Shown one piece after another: positions 34,539 through 48,107 of a DNA stretch of 64,000 nt. Below the pieces are notes generated by a model. The model worked only from the letters and a program-made list of their open reading frames with translations. It searched no databases and was not told where the DNA came from. Each line of letters starts with the position of its first letter. Position 1 is the stretch's first letter. A program made the translations under genes and the position numbers. This DNA is from Klebsormidium nitens (Eukaryota > Plantae > Klebsormidiophyceae), in assembly GCA_000708835.1 (NCBI GenBank), contig DF236952.1, positions 62,001-126,000 on the forward strand, given 5' to 3'.

Positions 34539-37500
34539 ATGGCGGCAGTTTCCTGCTGGTCACAACCGCTTGCTCTTCTGCGAGTCCAGGGGCTGCAACA
34601 ATCAGATGCGCCACAGCTGAAACACTTTCGGAAGGGGACTCACCTGTCCACTCAGAGGCAACAATGTGGAGCATGCAGAAGGGTCGATCAACTGTTTGGC
34701 TCGCATCTGGCATCAGGCCGTCAGGATTCCTTTTTGGGCAACCGGCAGCTCCTTACAGCTGCTTCTTCCGCTGAGCACCAAAACAGTGCAAATGTAGAAA
34801 GATGGAATGGGGGCCGTGCGGTGGCCGTGCTGGACTTTTTGCAGAGGGTCGTTCCTGCAAAGAAGCCGAGTGACAGGGTGGGGCTCACCACCACTACATC
34901 ACTGGTTTGACCACATCTTCTGCCAGCTTTCAAGGATTCTTGGGAAGAAGCTGACCAATGGAGATACAACGAAACTTTTTTAGGACTATTGATAGGCCCG
35001 TTCGTGGAATGTGAAGAACGTCACATTAAGCAATGGGGCAAAGTGGCTACTCGATGTCCCCGTTGTGAGCAGGCATCGTCGAAGTGTGCATCGCTCTTGC
35101 TATAGTACTTTGCTTACGGTGTTTGTTAGAGTTTCAGGATACAGGTCAATCACTTCAGATGTTCAACATTCATGAAAACCTTTAAAAAGTGGTTGGTTCT
35201 GCAACTCTTTTGGGGCAGCAAGAAATACATGATTTCACATTTGAAGGTGACTCTGGGACCTTTGAAAGTTTCCCCTATGGGAATTGGTACTTGGGCCTTT
35301 GGGAACCGTCTCCTATGGGGATACGAAGAGGAAATGGACGGCGAGCTCCAAGATGTTTTCAACCTGGTGGTGTCACGGGGAATCAATCTGTTCGACACAG
35401 CTGGTGAGCATTCTTGGGAGCATCATGTCTTTTTGATGATCTAAGTCTGACTGCCCCTATTGGATTTCAGGAGATTGGACTGTCAGCGACTCTCCTTGGA
35501 CCTACTGCTGAAGTCTGTAGCAATGGAAGTGGGCGGGCCTGAGGTTTATTGGTTTCTGATATCACAGCCTGCTGAAAGCTCGTCATGTGCAGATTCTTAT
35601 GGAACTGGCAGGCTGAATGGCAAGAGCGAGCTCTTGCTAGGAAAGTTCATCAGGGAGTACCCAGGCAAGTTCATACAACCATGTCCAGATCCATGTAAGA
35701 TATGCATGGGACAGATTTTTAAAGTGCTCGGACTTGTGCGTTAGTTGCAGTCAAGGTTGCAGGTGTCTCCCTGTCTACAGCACTTGTCCATGGTCTTTGT
35801 GCCCCAGAAGAGTGTGTTGTGTTGCAATAAGTTCCTTCATTGATTTAATTTTCAATTTACTGTGTGCAGGAAGTGAAGAATCTAAGGCCAACATACATGT
35901 GGCCTCAAAGTTCGCACCATATCCCTGGCGCATCACTACTGGGCAAATGGTAGATGCCTGTAAGTGAGTGATCGCAGACATAACTTCGTCTGCAGCCTTT
36001 TCACCTGAGTCGCAATTTGATGTGTTGAAGATTGACCGCTGGCGATTCTGAGATACGGCCGTTGTTGCCAGTCCTTCCCTCTCATCTGATGCTTCCTCTA
36101 TCGGATGTCTCTTCTGACCAATCCGCCCTGCAGATCCATTCTTTTATCATTCCCTGCAGAGCGTCGGCAAAGAGACTGCAAATGGAGCAGGTTTCAGTGG
36201 GACAGCTCCACTGGTCAACGGCCAACTATCAGCCGCTGCAAGAACGCGTGTTGTGGGACGGCCTGGCGACTATGTATGAAGAGGTACGTGCTTGATTATT
36301 CTCGAGGTGGCCTGGGTCAAGGACAGCCTTGTATCTCGAACCACGTGCACAGCTGTAACTCTGTGTACTTAACGAATGTCCTCATCCGCTATGTTTGGTT
36401 TGGTCACGCAGAACGCTGGCGGTAAGGTGCTGCCTTCGGTTTTCACCTGGACAAGTGGATCTAGGGAATCCCTCGAAATCAACGCAACGCATTCTGGATG
36501 GACTCCCTTAACAGATCGGAGACGCCTGGTCCTCAGGTACTGTATGTCCTCAATCCGCCACGCTTTTCCTCCTGTGGTGCAGGGTTTGGTGAAGGCAGTG
36601 GGTGTGAGCAACTACGGGCCGAAGCAGATGCTGAAGATCCACAAATATCTAGAGGTGCGGGGCGTGCCTCTCGCATCAGCACAGGTGAGCATGTTGTCTT
36701 TTGTTTGTCTTCAAAATGCGTTCGCTTTCATTGTTCCCTTAACGTAATACTTGGCTTGAGGGCGCGCTGCATACTGCGGTCACAAACGACTTACTGGTGT
36801 GAGCGGTTGAGCAACGGGTTTCAGTGCGTTCTAGAAGTTCGTTGGCGATGGCAAACCGCGATTTCTGGAAAGTGGGTGCAAGCCTATGCAAGAATCGACT
36901 CGGAGGGTTTGAAGGGGTGACTGGAAGATCGTCTCTTTTGCTTCAATGCTAGGAGTATGTGGAAGAAGCCCGTCTTCATGTCAACTTCGGCAACTGACTC
37001 TATCCGCATGCAGGTCCAGTACAGTCTCATCAGCTCAGGGGGGATGCAGCAAGAGATCAAGGCCGTATGCGACGACCTCGGAATCAGGTGCGGATCCGCC
37101 CGAATTTGGAGTGTTCAGAATACAGATCTGTGTTCGCATGAGAACAAGTTCTTTCTCCATACTAAGTGAGCACGGGTGGAAATGAGCCGGACAAACAATT
37201 TTCGGACAAGGCGTGTCCTTTTGAGGGTCGCTTTTCTTCATGTCGTTCTCTCACGGACGGGAAGGTCACACCGTTGAAACACGTCTGCTACGTTAGTTTT
37301 TGACGTCGGCTGAAGGTTCCCTGCTGATATACGATTTCCGGCAAATCAATGTTCTAAAAGAGCCCACGCTCGGAATTATCGTCGCTTTCATCGCGCACTT
37401 TCTGCATGGGCTTCGGTACAATCTTGACCATCTCGTTGCAGCATCTTGGACGTCATGCAACCATCTTGTCATTGGCAGTGGGCTTGAGTGCTTCCATCTA

Positions 37501-38625
37501 CCTGCAGGCTGATCTCCTACTCGCCCCTTGGCCTGGGCATGCTGACCGGCAAGTACTCCGCAGAAAACGTGCCGAAGGGTCCCCGCGGCCAGCTCTTTAG
37601 GCAGATCCTTCCGGGGCTTACACCGCTGCTCGAGACTATGCGAGCGATTGCTGCGGGCCGAGGCAAGACGCTGCCGCAGGTGAGTGCGCTTCCTGGGTTC
37701 ACATCGTTGATGCAAGCCTTTCGCTGTGATTTCTCTGAGCTTGTCATCCCGAAACCGGTGCTTGCTGCGAGCATCACCTACCGCCACTTTGGACCGGATA
37801 TTGTATCTATATCACGAGCTCAGCTCGGTACTTCGTCGAGTCTGGGACTTCTAGGTTCTACCACGGTCTGCTGAGTTGTTGACGGACTCATTCTAGTTAC
37901 TAGCTGTAGTGCCAGAATCGGTTGACAATGTGAAGGTTGCCACTGTGATCAAAGGCATCAGAGCCCATTTTCGAATCTTGAATAACACGACTCTGTGTTT
38001 GACTGGATTCCTGCTGTTCGGAGTTTTAAGGGACTGCCATCTTTCTGAAGCCGAAAGACGGAAATTAGAAACACGATGAAACACGATGAAACTTTGGGTT
38101 GGTCGTTTCTCCTTGTCCCCACACGAAGAACCGTTTGCAGGTTTCCTGGTATGCACGATTTCTAGGCTTTTCTCACTTCATTCGCTGATCTGGGTAGGCA
38201 TCTCTCTGAAGGAATTGCCAAGCGCAAACGTGCTTTTCACAGTCGACAGGCGTTGATTTGTGTTCCTTCCGCTTCAGCTGGACGGAATCTAAAGCGTCCT
38301 GCTACGGCCGCTTTGACCAAAAAGGACCAAAATGGGCCGGGTTCGGATTTCATGAACCGTTTGTGCGTACAAGGTGCCGACAAAACTCCATGGTACAACG
38401 GAGGATGTTACTTTGAGCACTCTCGTTTGCATTTTGCAGGTGGCGATCAACTGGTGCGTTTGTAAGGGGACCATACCAATTCCGGGTGCGAAGTCGCTCG
38501 TGCAAGCTGAGGAGAATCTAGGAGCCTTAGGTTGGAGACTTACTGACGGAGAGATCAGAGCGTTAGACGATGCTTCAACACGGATACCAAGGGGAATGAT
38601 TCAAAACATTTTTCAGACAAAGTGA
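34539..38625 (+). CDS. PLR1: Pyridoxal reductase, chloroplastic (aldo-keto reductase family), 9 exons, 439 aa
   Basis: Exons 34539-34877, 35247-35403, 35593-35664, 35870-35963, 36160-36283, 36583-36684, 37014-37087, 37508-37679, 38440-38625; intron 3 is GC-AG. Motifs SPMGIGTWAFGNRLLWGY, LFDTADSYGTGRLNG, GQLHWSTANY, AVGVSNYGP, SYSPLGLGMLTGKY and the terminal MIQNIFQTK* follow Arabidopsis PLR1 as recalled. Transit-peptide-like N-terminus. Confidence 0.94.
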
Positions 38626-39678
38626 AGAGGCTCGTGCGTTGCCACGGAAAGATCAGGACGGCCCGAGAAGTCCCTAAAGCCAGGGTGCAACTCAAGCTAA
38701 CAGCTGAACTGGCAATCTACAAAGTCATGGTTCGCTTGACGGAGATTCAGGTGCTTTCTGAAGTAACGCGTGTAGTAATGAGCCCTTTCTGGGCGATCAC
38801 TGTCCCTAAGCTGGTCAATTGGTCTTTGGAATTCGAGAACAAAAGCCTTTGTGTGAAGAAGAGGCACTCTCATTATACTTACGCCGCGCAGTGACCCCAA
38901 TCGAAGTTGTGTACCCGGGGTCATCTCGTCTCTGCATGTCATGGACAACGTACATCTATGTGGGCGCATTCCTATGCCATCTATGTGGGCGCATTGAGAC
39001 AATGACAAATTATGCACGTGCATCCATGAAGATGAACCTACATCAGGTTGTAGCTTAATCGAGACCCTGGATGGGGCGGCCATGCATGCGCGACCGTCTA
39101 GCGACTCGAAGTCCATGTGCAAGGATTGGCATGCATGCACTGCACCGCAGCGCTACGCATTTGATTGGCAGCTAGAGGTTTATTCTAATTTCGATCACCA
39201 AAACAATTTGATTTAGGAAGCACGACGCTTGCATGATGATAAAAGTCGCAAGATCAGCTCTCGCGTACAATTTTAACCTATAGAACATATGTAGCCTACG
39301 TTGGACTGAACTTATGAAACACAATGGGACGTATGAGAACTAACGCACAAGGTACGTAAGATAAGACACCGTGTTCAGCTCGACCATCATTTACACAGCA
39401 TCCGTATATTTTGTGGCAAACCTTACGTTTTTTTGAACGATCGAGTGAAGGCTACGGTAATATACAAGCTAAACTTCCTGAAGGTTTATTTGCGCTTCTG
39501 AAAGCTTTATAGGCCACTTAAAACAGCTGGATCTGCAGGGGCGGTCGAGATTGCTATAAGACTTTCACTATACGTTGTCTGCTGGGGACCAGGTTTGGTT
39601 AACATTGCTCCTTTCAATACATGTGACTGTACCCCACGATAACTTCTGTCCTGCTCTGCAAAGTATTCGTCTGCACCT

Positions 39679-41766
39679 TTACATTTGAAAGTTTTGCCCC
39701 CGATTGGGGTTGGGAGTCGGGCTGTCTACGTTTCCGTTCGGATTTAGAAAGTCAGCCACCCTTGCCTCAGCCTCTTGGTCTCCAAAGCCGTCCTGTGAAA
39801 AAGCGTTTTCCCCAGCGACTTGGTGTTGAGGACTCTGCTGAAGTTGCTGAGCCTGTTGCTTCAACAGCATGACTTCCCGCCTCAGACGTTCATTCAGCCC
39901 TGCAAACCAAGTGCTTGGTATGTCAACCTAACCTGTGACGTACCTCCAAACGTCAGCTTGCATCGTACACACTCAAATATGCTTATGCTTTGAGCGTTCA
40001 TAGATTGTTGAGAAGGGCTTCGTCTGTTGTGGGTAACCTTAAGGAGCTCGTAATACGACCGGCATCGACGGCTCATCATTGCTAAGAGCAGAGAGATGTG
40101 TTCATGCATTTGCCATGTGCCACAAGACAGTGGAGAGCAGTCAAGGGCAAAACGTGGAAAAGTAGGCAAACGTGGCAAACGAGGAGGTGTACAAGGCTAA
40201 CAAACATCAGGCGCACGAGAAAGCTCACCGTCACGAAGTTGAGCCTGAGCTTCTCGAGTCTGTAGACTCTGCTTGAGCTCTTTGTTTTCAGATGCCAGGG
40301 ATGCCGTATCTTTCTGAAGAGCACAGGATGAATGCTTGTTGTAGTCATTGATGCTGGCTTCAAAAGCACGGTCCAAGGTATCTTTGACATAACTTAACAC
40401 ACCGGTATCATCGATGATGAAGTGGGTTACATCTGGAGAGTCCGGAATTAAGTAAGAGGATGGAACAACAGTACTGGAGGCATGACACACTAATCCTTGA
40501 ATGTTAAAACCACAAACAAAGAAACCGTCTGTAACTTTCTGGCCCTTTAACAATTTATTGAAGACTATGGCATGGACGACTTGTGAAGGTTCCAAAAGAG
40601 CAGCAAATAATAGCGGTACACAGCACAAGGGTCTCACCTGTAAAACGCTCATTAGCGTGTTCAGAGAGGTGGTTTGAGATTGCAACTCCTGTAACCGGTT
40701 CTCAAGGTCTGCAATATACCTGACTTTCTTCTCTTTCGAGCGAGCAGCACTCTGCCTGTTGGCAATGATCCTGCGAGTAGAATATAGAGAACATGAAAAG
40801 ATTGTCTATGACAATCACACAGCAATGGGCTGCAACTTGGCAAGTTGGGGGGTTGTAAGGGCGTACACATGGGCTACTCGATTGGACTCCTCCCTGACTT
40901 TTCTTCTTGTGGTCCTAAGTCATCCGTTGGCCTCAATACTCGTTTTGCAGGGATGAATGCAAGCAGCCTGGAAAAGAGGCACTTTCTAGGAGAACAGAGT
41001 GCAAAAGCTCTGGGATAAAGCGCTTCTAAGATTCTGCGTGCGGCACAGATACTGTCAATGTTTGTCTCCAAGCCATTGATAGCTATCCAGTGACCAACCT
41101 TTTCGCTTTCTTTGGATCCAATGACAGGTTCTCCGCTGATCTGCTTTTCAGGAGGTTCTGAAGCTCCTCCAAATCAACGTGGCCATCAATGTGCTCCAGC
41201 AGATCGATCTGCCTGCTCTGGTCATGGTCGTTTGCCTCAGCTGGACTCTGGTGGTGGTACTCCAGATTGTTGGCTTCCTCCTGTTCAAGGAAGCCTTGTG
41301 GATACTGAAAGAAGTCTGATTGCGCACGCCGGTGACCCCTCTGCCTTCTAGGGGGGTCCAAAGGGTCTAAGGACATTGCTGCCATGGGGTCTGCCTCACG
41401 CTCTACAGGACCTGCAGCTTGAGAGGAGAAGGTAAAAGCTGACAGCGGGACTGGACGCTGTGCAGCCAGGGCAGAAGTGCGTGGCTGATTGTGGTTCCCG
41501 AAAGGATTGCCTGAAAAAGCTCGCACCGAGAGCGGGCTTGCCATCTCCACATTTGGCGAAGTGAAGGCTTCAGCAAAGGATGGCCCAATGGCTGATTGGG
41601 CAGATAATGGCCCGTCTCGCAATGGCTCCCCTGTTGGAGAATGCAGGTCTGCAGGTTCGCTGAGGGTTAGGTCTAGCTGAAAGGGAGGTTGACTCCCATT
41701 CTGCTGTTGGAGTCGGTCAAGGAAAGGACTGTACTCCATTGCCTTCTCAAAAGCGCAGCCGCTCAA
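39679..41766 (-). CDS. bZIP transcription factor, group I (VIP1/RF2a/PosF21-like), 4 exons, about 368 aa
   Basis: Exons 41766-41099, 40770-40638, 40313-40229, 39899-39679; phase-consistent. GHRRAQSD motif, [30 protein letters not shown] (N-x7-K as in group I), leucine zipper continuing to [17 protein letters not shown]. Confidence 0.9.
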
Positions 41767-42503
41767 CAGGAAAGGACGGCTGATTTGGCAGAGATGTGAA
41801 AGTCGTACAACCCAAGTAGCAGATCATTCAACTTGCGGTTTCTGATGCTTGCGCATGCCCTCTTGGCAAATTGGCATCACAAAGAGTGAGCTACCAGGGC
41901 AGGTTGAAACGCCAGCGTTTTAGCCCGTCAACAGGACTGCTGCATGCCGGTTGTGAATTTCAACGTTGTGCCTCCATGGCCCCCAATGCGTCCCAGCTCG
42001 CTCCCATGCATTGCCACAGGCGCATTTGCCCAGCTCTTCGATCCTGGCTCTCGTATTTCTTGTCCGTCTCATACCTGGTCACACCTGGTTAATCTTTAAC
42101 TTAGGTTGAACGTACCTACTTAGGGGCAAGGTTAAACACGTTTGCTTGCTTAGAACTAACCAGATGAGCGACCCGGATTCTTGATAGAACTTGAACGGCT
42201 ACATAGGTAGCTGTGTATTGACCCAACGTCACAGACTCGATTTTCCAAGTCATGCTAAAGAATCGGTACGTCAGTCAAAGCTTGACTACCGCGATTGACC
42301 AGGCCATGTGGCAAGGACTATAGGCTATAGCTAACCAAGTTCTGAAGCTAACCGCGCACATGGGTGCCAAATTAACAAGCTAGCTGGAGCAAGAGCAAGG
42401 CGCTGGCAGGGGCGCTGGTGCCAGCACTCTTTGATGAGACAGTCAGCTCTGATGAGTGTGAGGGCTGAGAGAGAGCATTTTTTCCCTCGCTGCAGCTTGA
42501 GTC

Positions 42504-45500
42504 ATGCAGCCCTCGCGTTTTGGGCGCCGCCGACTTGCCTCGTCTGAAATGTGTCCGTCCTTCCGCAGCACGATCCTCTCCTGCTTCCGCCTGCTCTACT
42601 TCCGGGTCCTCGCCAGCAGGATTCCCAGCGTTCTGCTCGGCACGTCCGCGCTCTTAGTCACGGCATTCTGTACGGAGATCTTTCAGCTGTCCATCCCAAT
42701 AGGATATCCTTACTCAAGGGAGAGACACCTCCAGGATGGAGCCAGTTCCTCAGTTGGACTGCAGATGCCTTTTGAAGGATCGCTTGCTGAGAGGGCGTAC
42801 AAAGCCACTTCTGATGCCGTGCACCTTAGTGCCAATGCATCAATGGACAAAGACCAGGGCCAGAAGGGGCCAATAAGCCCACCTTATGTCTGGGAAGAGC
42901 AAAGGGTATGCGGGGCTGTGCCTAATGAGGTTGATGGGAGCAGGATAACGTTCAAAGCCTGCAAAAGGCACCATCCAGTCAGAGATCAACTAGGGGGAAA
43001 TGCGCCCGTCAATCCCAGGAGTGCGCTGGACCCGCGAAACTTTCAAAGTAGAGCAAGTAAGGAGTCATCATCAGGTGCAGGAGTGCCCTTGTGTCCTGTG
43101 AAACCGTCTGCAGTGTGCTTCTCACGCGTCCGTGGGGGTCGCGTCTGCTTAAGACAGGACAAGGTGGGACTCTGTGTGAATGATGCTGGCGCCGAGGCTC
43201 TATCCGATGGGGCCCTAACCTTGCCCGTCACCGTTGCCAAGTGCCAGAGACGCACAGTTGACAAGGTCGACAACTCTTGTAAGCAAGCTGGACTGGCTTT
43301 CATAGCTGATGACAGGTTATCTATGCCAGACCCTTTGGAGGAGTCCGAGAGACTCATCCCAGCCCTCCTCTTGAGTAAGTTGAACATTCCAGCAAAGTTT
43401 CAAGACTGGCCAACAGGACGCCCACAGGTGTTCTGGTTTAAAGAGCCTGCAACGGTGTCAGTTTGGACACAAGGCCTTTTGAAAGCCCTCAACATTTCCA
43501 GTAGATGGCGGGACACCCTGCACCAAGGGCAAGAGTCTGGGGTTGCTTCAGAGCACGCCGCCAAAGGCGAAGGTTTGGAGTGTGATCAGGGGGGCACGTC
43601 TGAAGCTAGGAACGGCATCGTTCATTTACAATTCCTTCAGGTTGAAGGTGGGGCAACGTTGGCAGAAAAAAACGAGTCTGCAGGTAGCCCAACTTTTGTC
43701 ACCCATGAAAATCTGCACGAGGGTTGGGATAGGGGCGAACGTGTCGTCAATGTGTCAAGGTCCAAAGAAGTAGTCCAAGCAGGTGTAGTTCGGCTCGATA
43801 TAGCGCAGGGAGTTTTCACCACGGTCGAAGTTGGAATGGAAGACAGGGCTCGAGCCCCTTCAAGCAGGGGAGACGCAGAATCAGACACCGCTGACTTCAA
43901 CAGTAGCCATTACAATGCTTCGTCAATACTAGATGAGGGTTTAAAATTATACAGTAATGAAGCTGAGGCGCCCCTTTGGAACAGCAAGATAGAGGAGAAA
44001 GGTCTTTTAGAGAACAAGGGCGAGGGTTTGCTGGAGGAAACCCCTTTTCTTAACTTCCTGAGTGCCCCCGGGGAAGGGGCACCCGCGGTCTGCTTCGATG
44101 ATGCGGTCCTCCTGACGTCTCACACGAACGGGGCAATCATTCCGAACAACGCCGCCAATGATTGGCTGCGGTCACAGGTTTTACAATATTGTGGAGTCAA
44201 AGAGGTGAGGAACCTCCTTCCTAGCATTAGCGGTTCATGTAGAGAATCCCTTTGTTGAACAGGTTAAAGAGGACGTCCTAAAACATGTCCCACACGGCAA
44301 CCGGTTGCCCGGGACTCCACGTTTGCAGCCGCTCGCGAAAGCCGCGTGGATAAGCTTGCAGCAACATGAAGTTGATGCCCGTTAGCTGGATGTCGTTGCA
44401 ACCCACCTTCACCAAGATTTCTGACATATCTTCGCTTAGTTGTGGCGGTTGTGGTCTTTAATTGGCAATATCATTGATGCACTCCCTCTACAAGCGTCCG
44501 ATCACGACATCTCAGAGCACGGTCAGGCCTGACCTCAAAAGAGAAATATTTCCAAACTTATGCAGATTGAATTCGAACCTTTCTTCTGGTACGTCCTCCT
44601 GGATGACGTCAGCCTGGTGTGGGCCACTTCGAACAGCTGCCCTTGCAAATGAGTGTTGGGAGAGCCTCAGTTTACAAACACCGCTGGCTTCACAAGGCAC
44701 GTTGTGAAATTACGATTTTGTCTTCCCGTTTGCTAGTGGTCCAACTTGTTCCCACCAGTTTGAAATGGCTTTGCATCTTCCGAAACTTTAAGTTTGGGCC
44801 ATGCCCTGATAAGTCTCTCGTTCTTTCCAGGAGTTGGCGCCAAAAGTGGTCAAGACAGCGGTTATTCTCGAACCGCCCGGTGGTCAAGGCTCACTGATAA
44901 ACAAGGCAGAGGTATTTTCCTTTTAGCGTTCTCTTTTCCCCGTTCTTCGATTCTGTCGAAGTTGTATAACTCGTCAGGAAGCTTTTCATCGACCGTGAAG
45001 CAAAACATGGCTTCAAAAGGACTGGTAATTATATGATTGCTTTCCCAGCAAGCGCAAACAGCACCTCTTTAATCATGACCTCTACAAGACTCTGCCAGTC
45101 AGACGCTCGCTCCCTGAGCTCATACGTTGAGGAAACTGGACGGCTTCGTATATTCTGCGAGTTCCGAATTTGTACTTTCAGGTCTGCTTAATTGCGACCA
45201 CCTTTTTGTTTCTCCAAGAGTGAAGTTGAAGTGACGGCTTTTCTTACCACGTCACCGAGAGTTCAGTGCTCGAAACTTTGCTGAACGAGTATACACTCTG
45301 TCTCGCTTGTAGTTGGCGCGCTTGCTCACTGACATCGTCGGCTTGGAAGTGGCGCAGAAGCGCATCGAGGGGACGGCTTTCTGCGACCAGGTAGGCTGTC
45401 TTGTCTCCGGGAAAAGTGCCGAGGATCCAGCCATTTCACTTGATTGGACAAGCTGAGATCAAGCTGACGCCGGGCAACCAAAAGGCGGGGTTGTAGGGAT

Positions 45501-46716
45501 ACGTACGTTTCGGTAGGAGAAACGGCGTCAGAGCGCTTGGTAGAGAAGAATACCCGGTTTTTACAGTCATCTCCGCTTTGTCGGCAGCGCTGGAAGTATT
45601 ATGGTCCTCTCGATAGAGCTATTCTTTCTCGCATCAGACCCTCACATTGGAAAGCAATCCCTCTTCTTTCGCCGTTTTTGAATCTGCTCGAGATTTGTGC
45701 CCTTCGTGTCTGGGAAAGTTGGGCCTTGGAGTAGACAACCTTCTCGTTCTGCCTGACGCAGTTTTACGCTCGCAGGTGCGCGCGATTGCGTCTGAGGATT
45801 TCCTCGTTGTGCCGCACGGTCCTCTAAACGTCAACCTGATATTCGCGAAGCCCGGGGCGATCGTGATGGAGGTGAGTGCGGGCTCCCTTGGTTGCTGCCT
45901 GCCATTGCTCGTCCGTTCGCTTTGGAATCCTTAGTCTCCTCTACGAAAGCTCGATACTCGTATTCAATCCCATGTCTTCGTTCTTGAGTCTGCTTTTAGC
46001 CCCCGGTTGTATGTTCAGTATCCAGGCTTTAGATGTGGGTCCATTGCTTGCCCGTAGCATTTGCTGTTCAGTACTGAGGCTCTCGGAAGTAAACGTCTCG
46101 TTCGTTTTTGATGCCAGCCCACAGAGTCTGATCCCAGTTTCTTTTACGGGTCGGAATAAAAGGCCGCCCTTTGAATTTCTGTATCCTGCTCGTCCGTTAG
46201 TTGCACTTAGCACCCCACGTACTGCTGACTCATAATGTTTATCTTCTTATTGGACGACACTGATCAAACAGCCGGTTCAGATCTTGGCTCGTGTGGTTAC
46301 CTGTCAGAAAATGCCATCAGCATTGAAACCCGATGCGAACCAGAACTAGGGGCCCATTTCACACCGATAACGTCCTCGCTTAAAAAGGAGTGCAACTAAT
46401 TCAAGCAGAAAGCGCTACCGCTCGTTGCTCGCAGGTCTTCCCGTACTTGTATTATACGAACTTTATTGGCAACTACATCCACGCGGCTCGCTTGACGCAT
46501 CTCCAAGTGTTGGGTTCGGGGCCACCTTGGTCGCCCCTGCTGTGGATTTACTCCTGGCTTGGCTGGGACACGTGTCACAGTGTGCGGGCCTGCAGGGACC
46601 ATGCACGACGGCAAAACATCCATGTAGACACTCGAGAGTTCGAGACTATGCTTTGGCAGCTCGTGAACGATTGCGTTATTGTCGGGGAAGCGTCCCCTGC
46701 AAAGTGCCGAACTTGA
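42504..46716 (+). CDS. Glycosyltransferase family 61-like type-II membrane protein, 5 exons, about 745 aa
   Basis: Exons 42504-44204, 44831-44911, 45313-45390, 45776-45871, 46435-46716; all phase 0. N-terminal TM (SVLLGTSALLVTAF), AVCFDDAVLL, SLINKAELARLL, FCDQVRAIASEDFLVVPHGPLNVNLIFAKPGAIVMEVFP, and terminal HVDTREF fit the GT61/EOGT pattern. Confidence 0.75.
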
Positions 46717-47316
46717 TTCTTGAATCGGTCGAATGGCCGGTTGTTCGCCTCTTCGAATAATCAAGCCTTTGGCGGAGTTGGGCTCCCTCGAAGTTTCCTT
46801 CACATGAAATATCGCGAAGCATGGGAGCCGTGCTCTTGAAGCACTGCATGGTTCGGTCGCGGAGTGGAGCAGCTATCATTATCGGCAACTCGGACTTCAA
46901 CTTGGTCGACTTCAAATCAAATACACAGTCCTTCTCACTGAGTGCACTGCAGAGCCCGCCTCTGCTTGACTAGGTCCACGACGCACATGGAGGCTTTCAT
47001 CTAGATTACGAATACAGGAGGCAGTGAATGGCCGCTTCTGCACGCTTGTGGATCTGTACCGTCGTCACTTTGAGGTCGGACTTGATCCGGTGCACGGTCG
47101 ATCTGGCAAAAAAGGACTCACTCGCTCATACGGCCCGTCCGGATCATATGCGGTCACGGTCCGCGACCACTGCATGTGCTGGTTTACTTAAGCATAAACG
47201 GCCGATGGACCACGCATTAGTGCATGCGCCCGGCCGCACTGCACGCCGCGCGGCGTTTCCGTGCACATATGTTTTGCACGTCACGCGAGTGACCTATGGC
47301 GATATGGAGCGTTTGA

Positions 47317-47401
47317 TCAGAATATTACATTATACAACTTTAATGGTCATGATGGGAATTTCAGAATATTACATTATATAACAGTAATGGTCATGATGGG
47401 A
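47317..47401. repeat. 44-bp tandem duplication (2 copies) in the GT61/NYC1 tail-to-tail spacer
   Basis: tcagaatattacattatacaactttaatggtcatgatggga followed by tcagaatattacattatataacagtaatggtcatgatggga. Confidence 0.85.
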
Positions 47402-48107
47402 TCCGATCTGATCGCTTTTGTTGCGTCACAATGCATTAGCGTACTTGAAGATGCTATACTTGCCGGAGTATGACCGGTAGAACTTCGAACTTGTGGTTTG
47501 ATTGAGCACGTCGCCAAACCGTCCTTTTGAGCGATCTATGTACATAATAGTCCCCAAAGAAAACCTGAATCACCTGTGAATGTCGTATGTATAGTTACAA
47601 ACCGCTCCTACCGTCTTGCAAAGGATTGCTGGTATCTGCTCGAAAGGCCCTATTCATTGGATGGTTCCTTGTCGTTCCCCATAAGTGAGCGCAATCTACT
47701 CTCTGGAAGTAACTCTGTTTAAGACCACTGTCGTCCGCGAGATGGTGTTGGCGTGCCACCGTTGATATGACGGTACGTAACTAAAACCTTCACCTCCTAT
47801 GTAGTACCTACAATGTTGGAACTTTAACTGTACACATAATCCACCAACCAGCTAAGTCGATTATCGAATCATCGTCTACATTCCACAATCGCCTCTAGCT
47901 TCTCAAAAGAATGCAAGAATCGATGGCAGTCAACCTATCGGCCCAATCTCTAGTGGCCCTCCAATGATCCCTCCTTGAAACCCTAAAGACACCCGCGCCC
48001 CAATCTTCCCCCTTACTCGCTCACTGCAAACGAACTCCCATGCTATCATCGTAACGTCTTGAAATCCCTACGCCACATCGCCGTCACCATGACGTCACAC
48101 GGGTACC

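Noticed and set aside
7324-39100. Shared 13-mer gcgcgaccgtcta at ~7324 and ~39088
   Set aside because: Too short, and the flanks do not align; cannot support a dispersed repeat family.
17930-47995. Isolated telomere/telo-box words (aaccctaaccctaa ~17935; aaaccctaa ~47987)
   Set aside because: Only one or two units each, lying in an intron and a 3' region; no evidence of an interstitial telomere or promoter function.
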